A DNA stretch of 34,878 bases from the NCBI GenBank assembly GCA_001275005.1, contig JWZX01003127.1, positions 1 through 34,878 on the forward strand, written 5' to 3'. How positions within the stretch are numbered: position 1 is the first letter of the stretch; each line of letters opens with the position of its first letter. The position numbers and the translations under genes are program-made. Source of the DNA: Chrysochromulina tobinii. Its lineage: Eukaryota. Of this stretch, positions 1 to 9,693 are shown piece by piece. The notes beneath the pieces are model-generated. The model saw nothing but the letters and a program-made list of their open reading frames with translations, searched no databases and was not told the origin of the DNA.

Positions 1-33
1 CCGTCGCCACCGCCACCCTCGCCACCGCCACCT

Positions 34-2043
34 TTGCCGCCGCCTCCGTCTCCACCTCCGATACCACCGCCCCCATGGCCGCCTCCATGCACTCCTCCTT
101 CTCCGCCGCCACCTCGAAAGCCGCCTCGACCTCCGCCCGCGCCTCCCCCATCGCGCCCACCGCCACTCGCCCCCACCCAACGTCCTCCACCCTCCCCTCC
201 ACCTCCCTCCCCGCCACCATACCCGCCTCTGGGAACCTTTGATCCGACAGCGGTGCGGCACGGCGAGCAGCTCGCCCCCGCCTTGATTGTCCACCTGCAC
301 GACCTTCGCACATTGCAGCACTTCTATGAGGTAACGCATGGCGCACAATGGAGCGACAACCGCGGTTGGAAGGTCTACGGCCCGGCGGGAGACCCGTGCA
401 GCTCGCTCCCTAGCCATGGCTGGCCCACCGAATGGCCTGAGACATCGAAGCACTTTTTTGGAGCAGGTTGCCGAGACCCTTGCGACCCGGGTATCGAAGG
501 CGAGAATTGCCAACTCGGCCGGATCAGCCGGATTGAGCTCAGGTCCAACTCGCTCAGCGGCACTCTCCCCCCTGCACTCGCCACGCTCAAGCTGCTCAGT
601 ATCTTCGACCTGGGCGACAACAACATCTCTGGCACTATCCCCACCGAGCTCGGTCTCCTCGAGCACGCGCACATGTTCAATTTGAACAACAACCGCATCT
701 CTGGCACAATCCCCACACAGCTTGGCAGCCTTGGCAACCGCAGTTTACTGACGTCACCCTTTGACATCGCAACAGGAGCACGAAGCAGCTTGTACAGGCC
801 CAATCCACTTGCCACAAGGCTCCACCAACTGAATCTGAACAACAATCGTCTGTCTGGGGCCATCCCGACCGAGCTGGGCCGTCACACCTGGCTGGAGGAT
901 CTAAAGTTGAACGGGAATCCGTTGTTAGGCGTCCCTCTGCCCCGATGGAATCGCACGATCGAACGATTCAACTACACCGTTGACACCGTCACAGGGCAGG
1001 TTGTGTCACCTGAAGGCGAGGATGGAGCATCCAACTCCACAGAGGTCCGGGCGTTGGAGGTCCCCGTCTTTCGACGTGTGCCGGGGTTCTCAGGTCTTAC
1101 GGGTCTACCTACAGAGCTCGGAAGGCTAACACGTCTGCGCGTGCTGCAGGTCACGGATACAAACTTGCAAGCGGCGTTGCCCTCGGAGCTTGGGCAGCTG
1201 TCCAATCTCATCTTCTTGCACGTCACGGCGAGCCACACGACGGGCTTCCTCCCCACAGAGCTCGGCTCCCTTCCGAGGCTGCAGTACCTGCGCCTTGCGC
1301 AGAATCAGATCTCAGGCACCATTCCAATACAGCTCGGCAACGCGACCAACCTCGGGCGCGTCGACTTGGAGAGCAATCGGTTGTCCGGCTCGTTGCCAGA
1401 CTTCTTCGACCAGTTCCGGCATCTGGAGTACTGGAGCACCTTCGATTGTCGACTGCCGACCAACCACGTGCCGCCGTCGGTCACCTTCCTTGCGCAACGG
1501 CTCATGCACTTTGAGTTTTACGTGCAAGATGAGCAGCTTGGGTACCTTGCCGATTTCCGCTGTGGACGGGATCGCTTTACCTGGCAGACAGCCGAATACG
1601 GCGGCGTGGGTCGGAAGATCAATTACGTCCCGCGTTTGGCACAGCACTACGTGTACTACCGCCAGGGCTTTTGTGAGGAGCGCAATCAGCCAGGCGGCTT
1701 AGCGGCGCAGTTCATCCGAAACTTTGGAGCTGGCGAGCGGTACCCTAACGGCATTCTCAAGCCAGGCCAGAGGATCTACCATGGCTTTGACTCAGACGTG
1801 TTTATCCGCTCCAGGCCCATCTCTGGATTCCGATTCAGGAGGGAGGACGCGGAGATGCTCAGCGGCGATCCCGGGTCCTTCAACTGGGAGCCCGACGAGA
1901 ATGGCGATAACAGCCCGCCTGCGAGTGTGGGGATCCCCATCCCCATGCCACCGCCTGGCACGAGGAGGAGGTGGAATGCAGATCCTCAGTGGCCGTCGAG
2001 GAATATGACGGCAAGGAATACTACAGCGGTCGTGAACGGTTGA
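34..2043 (+). CDS. Leucine-rich repeat protein with plant-type extracellular LRRs and a proline-rich (extensin-like) N-terminal stalk; probably 5'-partial
   Basis: Repeated LxxLxLxxNxLSGxIPxxLG units (e.g. LRSNSLSGTLPPAL, LGDNNISGTIPTELG, LAQNQISGTIPIQLG). An LRRNT-like cap is present (LQHFYEVTHGAQW...W...DPC). The Pro-rich frame is open from the window start, and the called start is TTG, so the true start is probably upstream. Confidence 0.85.
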   Translation: MPPPPSPPPIPPPPWPPPCTPPSPPPPRKPPRPPPAPPPSRPPPLAPTQRPPPSPPPPSPPPYPPLGTFDPTAVRHGEQLAPALIVHLHDLRTLQHFYEVTHGAQWSDNRGWKVYGPAGDPCSSLPSHGWPTEWPETSKHFFGAGCRDPCDPGIEGENCQLGRISRIELRSNSLSGTLPPALATLKLLSIFDLGDNNISGTIPTELGLLEHAHMFNLNNNRISGTIPTQLGSLGNRSLLTSPFDIATGARSSLYRPNPLATRLHQLNLNNNRLSGAIPTELGRHTWLEDLKLNGNPLLGVPLPRWNRTIERFNYTVDTVTGQVVSPEGEDGASNSTEVRALEVPVFRRVPGFSGLTGLPTELGRLTRLRVLQVTDTNLQAALPSELGQLSNLIFLHVTASHTTGFLPTELGSLPRLQYLRLAQNQISGTIPIQLGNATNLGRVDLESNRLSGSLPDFFDQFRHLEYWSTFDCRLPTNHVPPSVTFLAQRLMHFEFYVQDEQLGYLADFRCGRDRFTWQTAEYGGVGRKINYVPRLAQHYVYYRQGFCEERNQPGGLAAQFIRNFGAGERYPNGILKPGQRIYHGFDSDVFIRSRPISGFRFRREDAEMLSGDPGSFNWEPDENGDNSPPASVGIPIPMPPPGTRRRWNADPQWPSRNMTARNTTAVVNG

Positions 2044-2523
2044 GTCTTGATTGAGCTGTACGGCGAGTGGGCAAAGGAAAAGAACCTTCGCTTACTTGCG
2101 CCGCTTCGCTCGGACCTCCACGGTCTTTATGATTGTTGTTGTTGCTGTTCTCCACTCGTTCTTCGTCGCCACCTGCCCGAAGTGCGACGAGCCGCGATGC
2201 TTTTCTTTACTCCCGCGAACATGCCGTTTTGCATGCGTTGCTGCATGCCAAGTACAATACAATTGTGCATAATTGGCAAGGGATAATTGGTAAAATACCT
2301 CACGAGATATTGAGATAATCATCTCGAGAGCGCTGTGCCCTCTGGGGCCGGACGCGGACCTGTGGCGTCTGGCCTTGCTAGTTTAACATTCTTCGAGCTG
2401 CCCCCCCAAAACATTCAACGAAAAAGGCATGCCGTGACACGAAAAACGGAAAAAGAGTCAGCGTTTCACAGCCTTGATCGCTGTGCAGACACATGCGACT
2501 CTTCGCTCACGTGCGCGCGCAAC

Positions 2524-2796
2524 ATGGACCTCGACGACCTCTACGGTGACCTCGACGCGGCTCCAAAGCAGCTACCATCGGCCATCGAGCTACGTGGGCG
2601 GCTGACGGAGGTCGTCAATGAGCGCGAAGCGCTTGAGGCCCAGCTGCAGGCCTTACAGTCCGAGGAGCGAGCATCACGCGCGGCGCTCAGAGACCTGATG
2701 CATCGCGCATGCGTGCTGCTAGCCACAGCTCGCCTTGAGCTCCAGCGAAAGGACAAGCAGCTGAATGAGTACGGTATCACAGTGCCCGCGAAATGA
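2524..2796 (+). CDS. Small coiled-coil protein resembling the FLASH/CASP8AP2 N-terminal domain (90 aa)
   Basis: ATG at 2524 gives MDLDDLYGDLD, then a heptad-rich helix, then ACVLLATARLELQRKDKQL. This resembles FLASH LDLY...ISALIKTARVEINRKDEEI. The upstream GTG extension in the ORF track reads like promoter/UTR sequence. Confidence 0.65.
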   Translation: MDLDDLYGDLDAAPKQLPSAIELRGRLTEVVNEREALEAQLQALQSEERASRAALRDLMHRACVLLATARLELQRKDKQLNEYGITVPAK

Positions 2797-3758
2797 AATG
2801 TGTGGCAGACGCGCTGGTCCCAGCAACGAGATTGTTTTCTGAGCCTGTCGCGCAAGGGATGGCATCGACCTCTTCTGGCAGCGCAAATCGCCCCGCGACG
2901 CTGCCAGGCTCCCGGTGCGGCATGCCGCTTGCAGAAAAATGCTTGCCCACCTCGCCAAGGATGCTTCCCGTCGACTGTGCCACGTACAATGAGGGGCCCC
3001 CGTGAGGGCACAGACCGCCGCCCAGCGCGACGCATCCTCAATTTCGAATGCAGCCTTGACGACCAGCGATGGAGGAGCGTCGGCGGGTGCGTCCGTCGAC
3101 AGAGCGGCGCGCGCCTATTGCTGCACCTTGCGCAGGTCACCCGTGGCTGTCGCGGGGTTCACGATCAGACGAGACAGCCGTTCGCCGATTGGCGTATCTC
3201 CACGTGGCATATCCACTAGGCCCTCCAAAGATCTCTCACCTCGCCCGTCACGAGACCACCCCCAAGCAGCCAGTCGACGTCGCGCAGCCCGGTTGAAGCA
3301 GCGCGTCCGTGCGGGCGCTCAGCTGATACTGCCGCATCTGCGTTGCCGAAAAGATCTTTGGCGGCGATTCGCACGAGGTGCTCAAGGGGCGCTTGAGGCG
3401 CGGCCGGCCGAGGGCCGACCTGGGGTGCTGGGGAGTGGTGTCAAGTGTCAGCGGTGGCCGGTGGCCTCCATGGATGTGTTGCGGTCTGGCGGAGGGAAGG
3501 GCGACGTCAACAGCCGACTCAGGTGCGAACGAGATTAGTTTGGCTGGACACCACCATGTCACGCGAACTTTGACCTTAGGCGGGAGGGGTCACTGCGCTC
3601 GAGCGGTCACGTATCGTAATATACGCCGCACCGCACGCGGACGGTTATAACTCGTTGTCGATTAACCATGGTTATCAACGCGGTTCTACCGTACCGTACC
3701 GCTATGGACATGGTCCCTTGGAGTGTCCAGTGCGTTATTTCAACCTCGAACCTGTGGT

Positions 3759-3824
3759 GCGTGAGATTTTGACCTTAGGGGAGGGTTTCACTACACAGGT
3801 AGTTACCCTATGGTGTTTCAACAC
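3759..3824. repeat. Dispersed repeat copy A (inverted relative to 19434-19518), with a partial direct copy at 3569-3594
   Basis: The reverse complement GTGTTGAAACACCATAGGGTAACTACCTGTGTAGTGAAACCCTCCCCTAAGGTCAAAATCTC aligns with 19434-19513. TTTGACCTTAGG-GGGAGGG-TCACT also occurs at 3569-3594. Confidence 0.75.
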
Positions 3825-3837
3825 TGTGCTCAGACCA

Positions 3838-5478
3838 TCAGCGTTGGTCCCTTAGCAGCTGCCTGCCGTCGTCGGCCGCAGCGTTGCTGCTATGCCACTC
3901 CTCGTCCTCGTCCTCCTCCTCTTCCTCCTCCTCCTCCTCCATCGCGTCGCTGCCGCCCGCGCCGCCACCCGCGCCGCCGCCCGCGCCGCCGCCCGCGCCG
4001 CCGTTCAGCGCCGCTGCTTTCATGCGCACGTCGAATGCTTCCTGATACCGGCCGGCGCGCTCGCATGCGCGGACGACGGCGTTATGCGTCACCCTATCGC
4101 GCTCGACGCCCTCGGCCTTCATGCTGTCAAAGAGGCTCAGCGCGTGCTGCCACGCGAGGCCATTGGCGCACGCCTGGATGGCCGCGTTGTAGCAGATGGT
4201 GTTGCGCGGGATGCGCAGCGTGTCCATCTGCTGGAGAAGTCCGAGGGCCGCCTCCCACTCGCCCGCCGCGCCGCACGCGGAGATGGCGGCCGAGTATACG
4301 ATGGTGTTCGGCTTCACCTTCTCCTCCGACATCTGCGCGAGCAGCGCCAGCGCCTTCTGCCACTGCTTTCCCTTTTGGCACGCGGAGATGGCAGCGCCGT
4401 AGGTGACCGCTGTGGGCTTCAGGCCCATCTGGCGCATCTGCGCCATCAGCCGGAGGGCTGTATCCCATGCGTGCCCTTTCTCGCACGCGGTGATCGCTGC
4501 GTTGAAGACGACCGTGTCGGGTTGGATGCCCTTTCGCGCCATCTCGTGCAGCAGCTGCAGCCCAAGCTCCCACTGGCCGTTGCGCGTGCATGCGTTGATG
4601 GCGACCGAGTACGTGACGAGGTTGCGCTCGATGCCGACAACGTCCATGTACGTAAAGAGCGCCATCGCCTTATCGAGCTGCATCGACTCCGCGCACGCGT
4701 GGATGAGCCCCGTGTACGTGACCGTATTTCGCTCGAGCCCGCTCGCTTCCATGTCGCGAAAGAGCGAGAGTGCGAGCTCACCGTCCACGCATCGCGCGCA
4801 AGCCGAGATGGCCGTGTTGTATGAGATGGTTGTCGGCGCGATGCCGAGCGAGCGCATCTCCTCAAACATCTTGAGTGCGCCGCGCGGGTCGTCGAGCGCG
4901 AGGGCGGCCGACATCGCCGTGTTGTGTGTCACGACGTTGGTCGAGATGCCGAGCACGCGCATGCGCGCAAGCATCTGGAGTGCACGCTTGGGCGCGCGCT
5001 TCACGCACGCCGCCATCAGCAGGTTGTAGTGCGTCGCGGTGAGCCGCACCGAGCAGCCGGGCGTCTCGGCCCAATCTGCGAGCAGGCTGGCCACCCGCCA
5101 CTTTTGCCGCTTCTTAAAGGTGTGCAAGAGCGTCGTGAAATTGTTCTGCACGAGGTTGTATGGTGCGAGCATCTCACCCAAGGCAGTGACATCGGTGGAC
5201 GCGGGGATCTTCTGCAGATCGCTCGCCAGCGCACGCAGCCGTCTCGGCTTGCCGGCGGCCGGCGGCTCAGCGCTGCTGCTGCTTCTGCTCGACTTTGAGG
5301 TGCGTGGCTGGTTGGCGTTCATTAGCACTGCAATGGCGCTCGCACTGCTCTTCGCAAGTGGATGGCGTGGAGCGGGTGCATGGAGATGCAACGTTCCAGG
5401 GCGGAGCGGCTGCTGAGTGAGCGCGGCAGTGCACGTCAGCCATAGCGCCGTCGACAGCACCCCGCGCATTGCATTCAT
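3838..5478 (-). CDS. P-class pentatricopeptide repeat (PPR) protein, probably plastid-targeted
   Basis: About 9-10 tandem 35-aa PPR motifs (e.g. TVVFNAAITACEKGHAWDTALRLMAQMRQMGLKP). The N-terminus has a hydrophobic signal peptide followed by an S/R-rich transit-like stretch. The C-terminal tail is Gly-rich and acidic. Confidence 0.92.
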   Translation of the reverse strand: MNAMRGVLSTALWLTCTAALTQQPLRPGTLHLHAPAPRHPLAKSSASAIAVLMNANQPRTSKSSRSSSSAEPPAAGKPRRLRALASDLQKIPASTDVTALGEMLAPYNLVQNNFTTLLHTFKKRQKWRVASLLADWAETPGCSVRLTATHYNLLMAACVKRAPKRALQMLARMRVLGISTNVVTHNTAMSAALALDDPRGALKMFEEMRSLGIAPTTISYNTAISACARCVDGELALSLFRDMEASGLERNTVTYTGLIHACAESMQLDKAMALFTYMDVVGIERNLVTYSVAINACTRNGQWELGLQLLHEMARKGIQPDTVVFNAAITACEKGHAWDTALRLMAQMRQMGLKPTAVTYGAAISACQKGKQWQKALALLAQMSEEKVKPNTIVYSAAISACGAAGEWEAALGLLQQMDTLRIPRNTICYNAAIQACANGLAWQHALSLFDSMKAEGVERDRVTHNAVVRACERAGRYQEAFDVRMKAAALNGGAGGGAGGGAGGGAGGSDAMEEEEEEEEEDEDEEWHSSNAAADDGRQLLRDQR

Positions 5479-5830
5479 ATCTGTCGCGGCTCGGTCGAGG
5501 GAGACTGTCGTCTACGGACACGAGCCACAATGGGTCGGAGAGTTGATGGCGATCTCCAAGTTGCCCGAAATCGCCGAGATGACTTCTTACATGGAGTGGA
5601 TCTTCGCGCACTGCAAAAGCCCACTCTGGGCTTCCCAGCACGCCATTACAGTCTCCACAAATCATGCGCGACCCAACCGACGCCGCCATCGCGCCTATAA
5701 GCACGCAAAAATGGACTCGATAGGACACAAGCGATCGCGGTCCGCCTCCATGTCCGCCACGAACCCACGATCGTCTGTGGTCATCTACAGACAGAAGTTC
5801 GCGAGGTCCGCCCGCTGCTGTTCCTGCGTC

Positions 5831-7108
5831 TCAGACTCGCTTCTTGGGCTCGCTTCGGCTCGATGGGCGTCCCTTGGCGGCTGTCGCGAGCGTCGTTGGC
5901 GGCGGTTTGTCGGTCGCCTTTGCGATCGAGTACAGCATGACGCCGACGATGGCGATCGCTGAGCCGAGTGCGCCCGTGAGCGTGAGCGGGTTGCGAAAGT
6001 ACAGGACTGAGAGGACGATGACGGCGACGCGCTTGATCGTGTTCGCCACTGCGTGCGTGACGGGGTGGATAGAGTCGAGTGCGAGGAAGGCACACTCGTT
6101 GTACGTGTAGTGCGACAGGCCCGAGTAGAGCAGCATGCGCAGGAAGCGCTGCAGGCCGACCTTCTCGACGGTCGCGAGCGTGCCCGCAACGATGGTGCGT
6201 CCCTCAGCGAGCAGCGCGAGCGGCACGATGGCGACGAGCGCGACGATCGTGAGCACGCCGTAGAGGTTCTGCGCGTCGAGGTTGTCTCCAACTTTCTTGC
6301 CCATGACTCGCTTTGCCGAGATGGCGCGCAGGGCGAAGCACACGTTGGAGAGCAGCCCCGAGATGAGCGAGATCATCGAGAAGGAGACCTCGTTGGCGGA
6401 TGCGAGCGCCACGCCGAAGATGACCGGCACGAGCGACAAGTACACCGGCACCGAAAAGACCTGCTTGAGGAAGATGGCAGAGAAGAAGCATGTGAAGAGA
6501 GGCTCGAGCGTCTTGACGACGTTGGTGAAGGCGACGGTGCCATACGCGGGTGAGACCGTCGACAGGACGTGGCCGAGCGCAAGCCACAGCGCGACGATGC
6601 TCACCTGACTCAGCTCGGCCCGTGTCAGGCGCGGTGGCTCGCGCACGGGTGCAAAGCGGCGGGCCTTGAGTCCGAATGTGGGCAGCGGCATCCACAGCGC
6701 GCCGATCCACAGCGCGCCTACGAGCAGCTGCACGGCCGAAAAGACTACCGGGAACTGCCACACGTTCAGAACCTCCTTGTTGAGCAGCGAGTAAACAATC
6801 GACAAAACATACCAGCCGATGAATGCGAGCGGCACCTTCATGGACTCGAGCGCGCCTCCGACGTGGCCGCCCTGCAGCTTGAGGGTGCGAGCGAGCCCCT
6901 GCAGGTGCATGAGCTGGGGGCTGCGCTGCAGCGGCAGCTGCGGCCGTGGCGGGCCAAACCGCAGCCCGCACATGCTGCCCGAGCATTGCTCGAGGGAGGG
7001 CACGCTGTTTGCTGCGCTCCGGAGGGAGTCCACAGCGCTTTCGGCCCGCGTCAGCTGCGTCTGCGCCACAAGTGCGAGGAACGTCCATAGCGTTTTCATG
7101 CTTTGCAT
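5831..7108 (-). CDS. Triose-phosphate/phosphate translocator family protein (plastidic phosphate translocator)
   Basis: TPT motifs GWYVLSIVYSLLNKEVL, VAFTNVVKTLEPLFT and HPVTHAVANTIKRVAVI, with multiple TM helices. The likely start is MQSMKTLWTFLALV (7108, or 7099), which gives a signal peptide. Confidence 0.9.
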   Translation of the reverse strand: MQSMKTLWTFLALVAQTQLTRAESAVDSLRSAANSVPSLEQCSGSMCGLRFGPPRPQLPLQRSPQLMHLQGLARTLKLQGGHVGGALESMKVPLAFIGWYVLSIVYSLLNKEVLNVWQFPVVFSAVQLLVGALWIGALWMPLPTFGLKARRFAPVREPPRLTRAELSQVSIVALWLALGHVLSTVSPAYGTVAFTNVVKTLEPLFTCFFSAIFLKQVFSVPVYLSLVPVIFGVALASANEVSFSMISLISGLLSNVCFALRAISAKRVMGKKVGDNLDAQNLYGVLTIVALVAIVPLALLAEGRTIVAGTLATVEKVGLQRFLRMLLYSGLSHYTYNECAFLALDSIHPVTHAVANTIKRVAVIVLSVLYFRNPLTLTGALGSAIAIVGVMLYSIAKATDKPPPTTLATAAKGRPSSRSEPKKRV

Positions 7109-7410
7109 TATATGTTGGAGACGCGAGAGAATGGGACGACAGCAGGGGGCCGCCACTTCGGCGTGCGAGCGAGATTGCCGAGGAAGCGGAGGAAGTAGCG
7201 AAAGTTGAAGCGAATGACGAAATTTGTCCCGCCTCAATTCGCATCCTGACTTCGGTCTTAAGGTTGGGTATTTGTGTACAGGCTTTTGGTAAAGTCGAAG
7301 GAAAGTTCGAAGACAGTTTTCCCACCAACGGCAGTGTCGGCAGACCGATGCCACTCAATCCAGGTTCGGGCGTCACTTGCGGGTCACGCAGTAGCATCTA
7401 CGGTTCAGGG

Positions 7411-9693
7411 ATGGCCTCAAAGCCCGCGGCACCTGCCGCTCGGCCAGCGACGGGCCCATCGGGGGGCGCCTTCATTGCTGGCGGTGTTGGAAAGGTTTTC
7501 ACCGCGCCTGTCTCGAAGCGCGATGCCGCTGAGGCGAGGATCACGCGCCACGGCACGGGCAATACGGTCGTACAACCGCCCACGACCTTTGAAAATGGCG
7601 TCCACGCCGCGCCATCGCAGCAGATGGCGGTGCCAACATTGCGTGCGCATGGGGCGGCAACCAACAGGCTTGGCCAGCCTCCCGACTCGGTGGGCGCGCT
7701 GCTGTACCAGGGCGCCGGCGCTTTTCCCCCGCCGTCGCCCTCCTGCTTCACGCGCCCGCAGACGCCGCAGACGCCGCAGTACGCGCAGCACGCGCAGCAG
7801 CAGCAGCAGCAGCAGCACCAGCACCACCAGCACCAGCACCAGCAGTCGCAGCCTCAGCCGCCACCGCCAGCGCCGCCGCAGCAGCCAACGATGCAACAAA
7901 ACGCGCCGCCGATGTCGGTGCAGCAGCTGCTTCTCGCACAGCAGGTGCGGCAACAGCAGTGGCAACAGTCTCAGCAATCACGGCAGTCGCAGCAGCTCTC
8001 GGGCATCTACACTGTGAGCAGCCTTACCCCTCGAGGGAGCACCGACGACCCATCGAGGACAGCCGCAGATGGGGCCTCGAGGGTGGCCGCAGATGAGGCC
8101 TCGCGGGCGGCGCCTGCGGCTCCTGCCGAACGCGTCCAGAACTTGCCGGCAGCGCCGATGGCGGTGGCGACCGAGCGGCCCATGCTGCTGGCCGCGCCCC
8201 CCGCGGCGGCGCCCCCCGTGGCGCCGCCCCCCGCTCCCGCCGCATTCGCGCACGCACCGCCACCGCCGCCACCTGCATTGGTGCCTGCGGCGCCAGCGCC
8301 GCTGCCGCCGCCGCCGCCCGAGTCGAATGTGCCGCTGCAGCCGAAGCACGCACCGCCGCAGCCCATCGACCCGGCCAACGCGCAGCTGGGCAAGGGAGTC
8401 TTCGCGCGCGTGCGCATGACCCACGGGCGCGATGGGCAGATCATCGCGGTCAAGACGTACGACCACAAGGAGGCACGCGCGGAGAAGGCGGTCGCCAAGC
8501 ACATGCTCAACGAGGAGCGACTCGCCGGGCGCATCCAGCACGAGAACATCATCGCGCCTACGCTCGCGCGTCGAAAGATTGGATGCACTGAGCTCGAGAT
8601 GGAATACGCGCCGGGCGGCACTCTTGAAGCTCACGTCAAGAAGCTCGGCCGGCCTCTGACGGAGGCGGAGGCGGCCAACTACTTTCGGCAGATTGTGGAC
8701 GCGGTCGTGTACCTGCACGGCGAGGGTATCACCCACCGCGACATCAAGCTCGAGAACGTGGTGCTCGATGCCGAGGGCAATGCGCGACTCGTCGACTTCG
8801 GCGCGGCGCGCGAAGTGGGGGCTGATACCTTCCTGATGTCGGTGCAGGGCACGCCCGCGTACATGGCACCGGAGGTGGCGACGCAGCGCGCGCACAAGGG
8901 TGGCCCCGCCGACGTGTGGGCGCTCGGCGTACTGCTCTACAACCTGCTCTCGGGGGGCGCCTACCCCTTCTGGGGCAAGAACATGGACGAGCTACGCCGC
9001 AACATCACCGCCGCGCCGCCGCGCATCCCCTCGCACCTCTCGCCCGCATGCCGCGAGTTGCTCGAAAAGCTGCTGAACAAATCGTCGGCCAACCGCATCT
9101 CCGCGGCCGAGGTGCGCGCCTCCAAGTGGCTCAGGGCCTTCGACGCGCCTTCCGATATGCCAGTCGGCAGCTGCGGCGTCGATCCGGCCAACGCCGCCAC
9201 CGCCGCCCCCGGGGCCGCCACTGCCCCCCCTAGCACGCCGCGCGATCGCATCGCTGCCGCCGCTGAGGCTGAGGCCGCCGCAGTGCGTGAGCGGTACCGC
9301 GCCGGCCACGCCTGCAGCAAGCTCGAGGTGGAGGCTGCACGCGCCGCGGCGGCCGCACGGCTGCACTTAGGCGCCTCGCCTGCCTCCTCGCCGCGGGCAG
9401 CCCCGGCGCCGGTGGTGCCCCCATACGCCGCCAATTACATGCAACGACCGGCAAGCGCCGCTGCCGGGCGTCCCTCGTCTGGAGTAGCAGCCCCTGCCGT
9501 GCCCCCACCATTGGGCGCCCCTGGTGCCATGACGTCGCCGCGCTCGGCCTCGAAGCTCGCCAATTTAATGAATGGCAACGGGCGGCCAGGGACGCCGCAA
9601 GGGCCGCCAGCCGCCGGCATGACTCAAGGGGCTGGCATGACTCGTGCGACCTCAGCCCATAATCTCGGCCTCGGCTTCGGCACTCGGCGCTGA
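7411..9693 (+). CDS. Ser/Thr protein kinase of the CAMK group (AMPK/SNF1/MARK-like) with Q/P-rich N-terminus
   Basis: Kinase motifs LGKGVFARV, AVK, HRDIKLEN, DFG, GTPAYMAPE and DVWALGV. The first plausible ATG is at 7411; the upstream part of the ORF overlaps the divergent TPT gene. Confidence 0.9.
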   Translation: MASKPAAPAARPATGPSGGAFIAGGVGKVFTAPVSKRDAAEARITRHGTGNTVVQPPTTFENGVHAAPSQQMAVPTLRAHGAATNRLGQPPDSVGALLYQGAGAFPPPSPSCFTRPQTPQTPQYAQHAQQQQQQQHQHHQHQHQQSQPQPPPPAPPQQPTMQQNAPPMSVQQLLLAQQVRQQQWQQSQQSRQSQQLSGIYTVSSLTPRGSTDDPSRTAADGASRVAADEASRAAPAAPAERVQNLPAAPMAVATERPMLLAAPPAAAPPVAPPPAPAAFAHAPPPPPPALVPAAPAPLPPPPPESNVPLQPKHAPPQPIDPANAQLGKGVFARVRMTHGRDGQIIAVKTYDHKEARAEKAVAKHMLNEERLAGRIQHENIIAPTLARRKIGCTELEMEYAPGGTLEAHVKKLGRPLTEAEAANYFRQIVDAVVYLHGEGITHRDIKLENVVLDAEGNARLVDFGAAREVGADTFLMSVQGTPAYMAPEVATQRAHKGGPADVWALGVLLYNLLSGGAYPFWGKNMDELRRNITAAPPRIPSHLSPACRELLEKLLNKSSANRISAAEVRASKWLRAFDAPSDMPVGSCGVDPANAATAAPGAATAPPSTPRDRIAAAAEAEAAAVRERYRAGHACSKLEVEAARAAAAARLHLGASPASSPRAAPAPVVPPYAANYMQRPASAAAGRPSSGVAAPAVPPPLGAPGAMTSPRSASKLANLMNGNGRPGTPQGPPAAGMTQGAGMTRATSAHNLGLGFGTRR
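7786..7845 (+). repeat. CAG/CAC trinucleotide tract encoding poly-Gln/His in the kinase
   Basis: cagcagcagcagcagcagcagcaccagcaccaccagcaccagcaccagcag is seen directly in the sequence. Confidence 0.8.

Noticed and set aside
2793..3650. Several overlapping ORFs (2800-3219, 3002-3538 and others) downstream of the FLASH-like gene
   Set aside because: No recognisable motifs, mostly non-ATG starts, and an Arg/Ala/Ser-rich composition typical of GC-rich non-coding frames. A spliced extension cannot be excluded.
3815..3824. GTTTCAAC/GTTGAAAC resembling a CRISPR repeat end, and nearby TTAGGG resembling a telomere unit
   Set aside because: No regularly spaced repeat-spacer array, no cas genes and a eukaryotic context. 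There is only an isolated TTAGGG, with no tandem telomeric tract.
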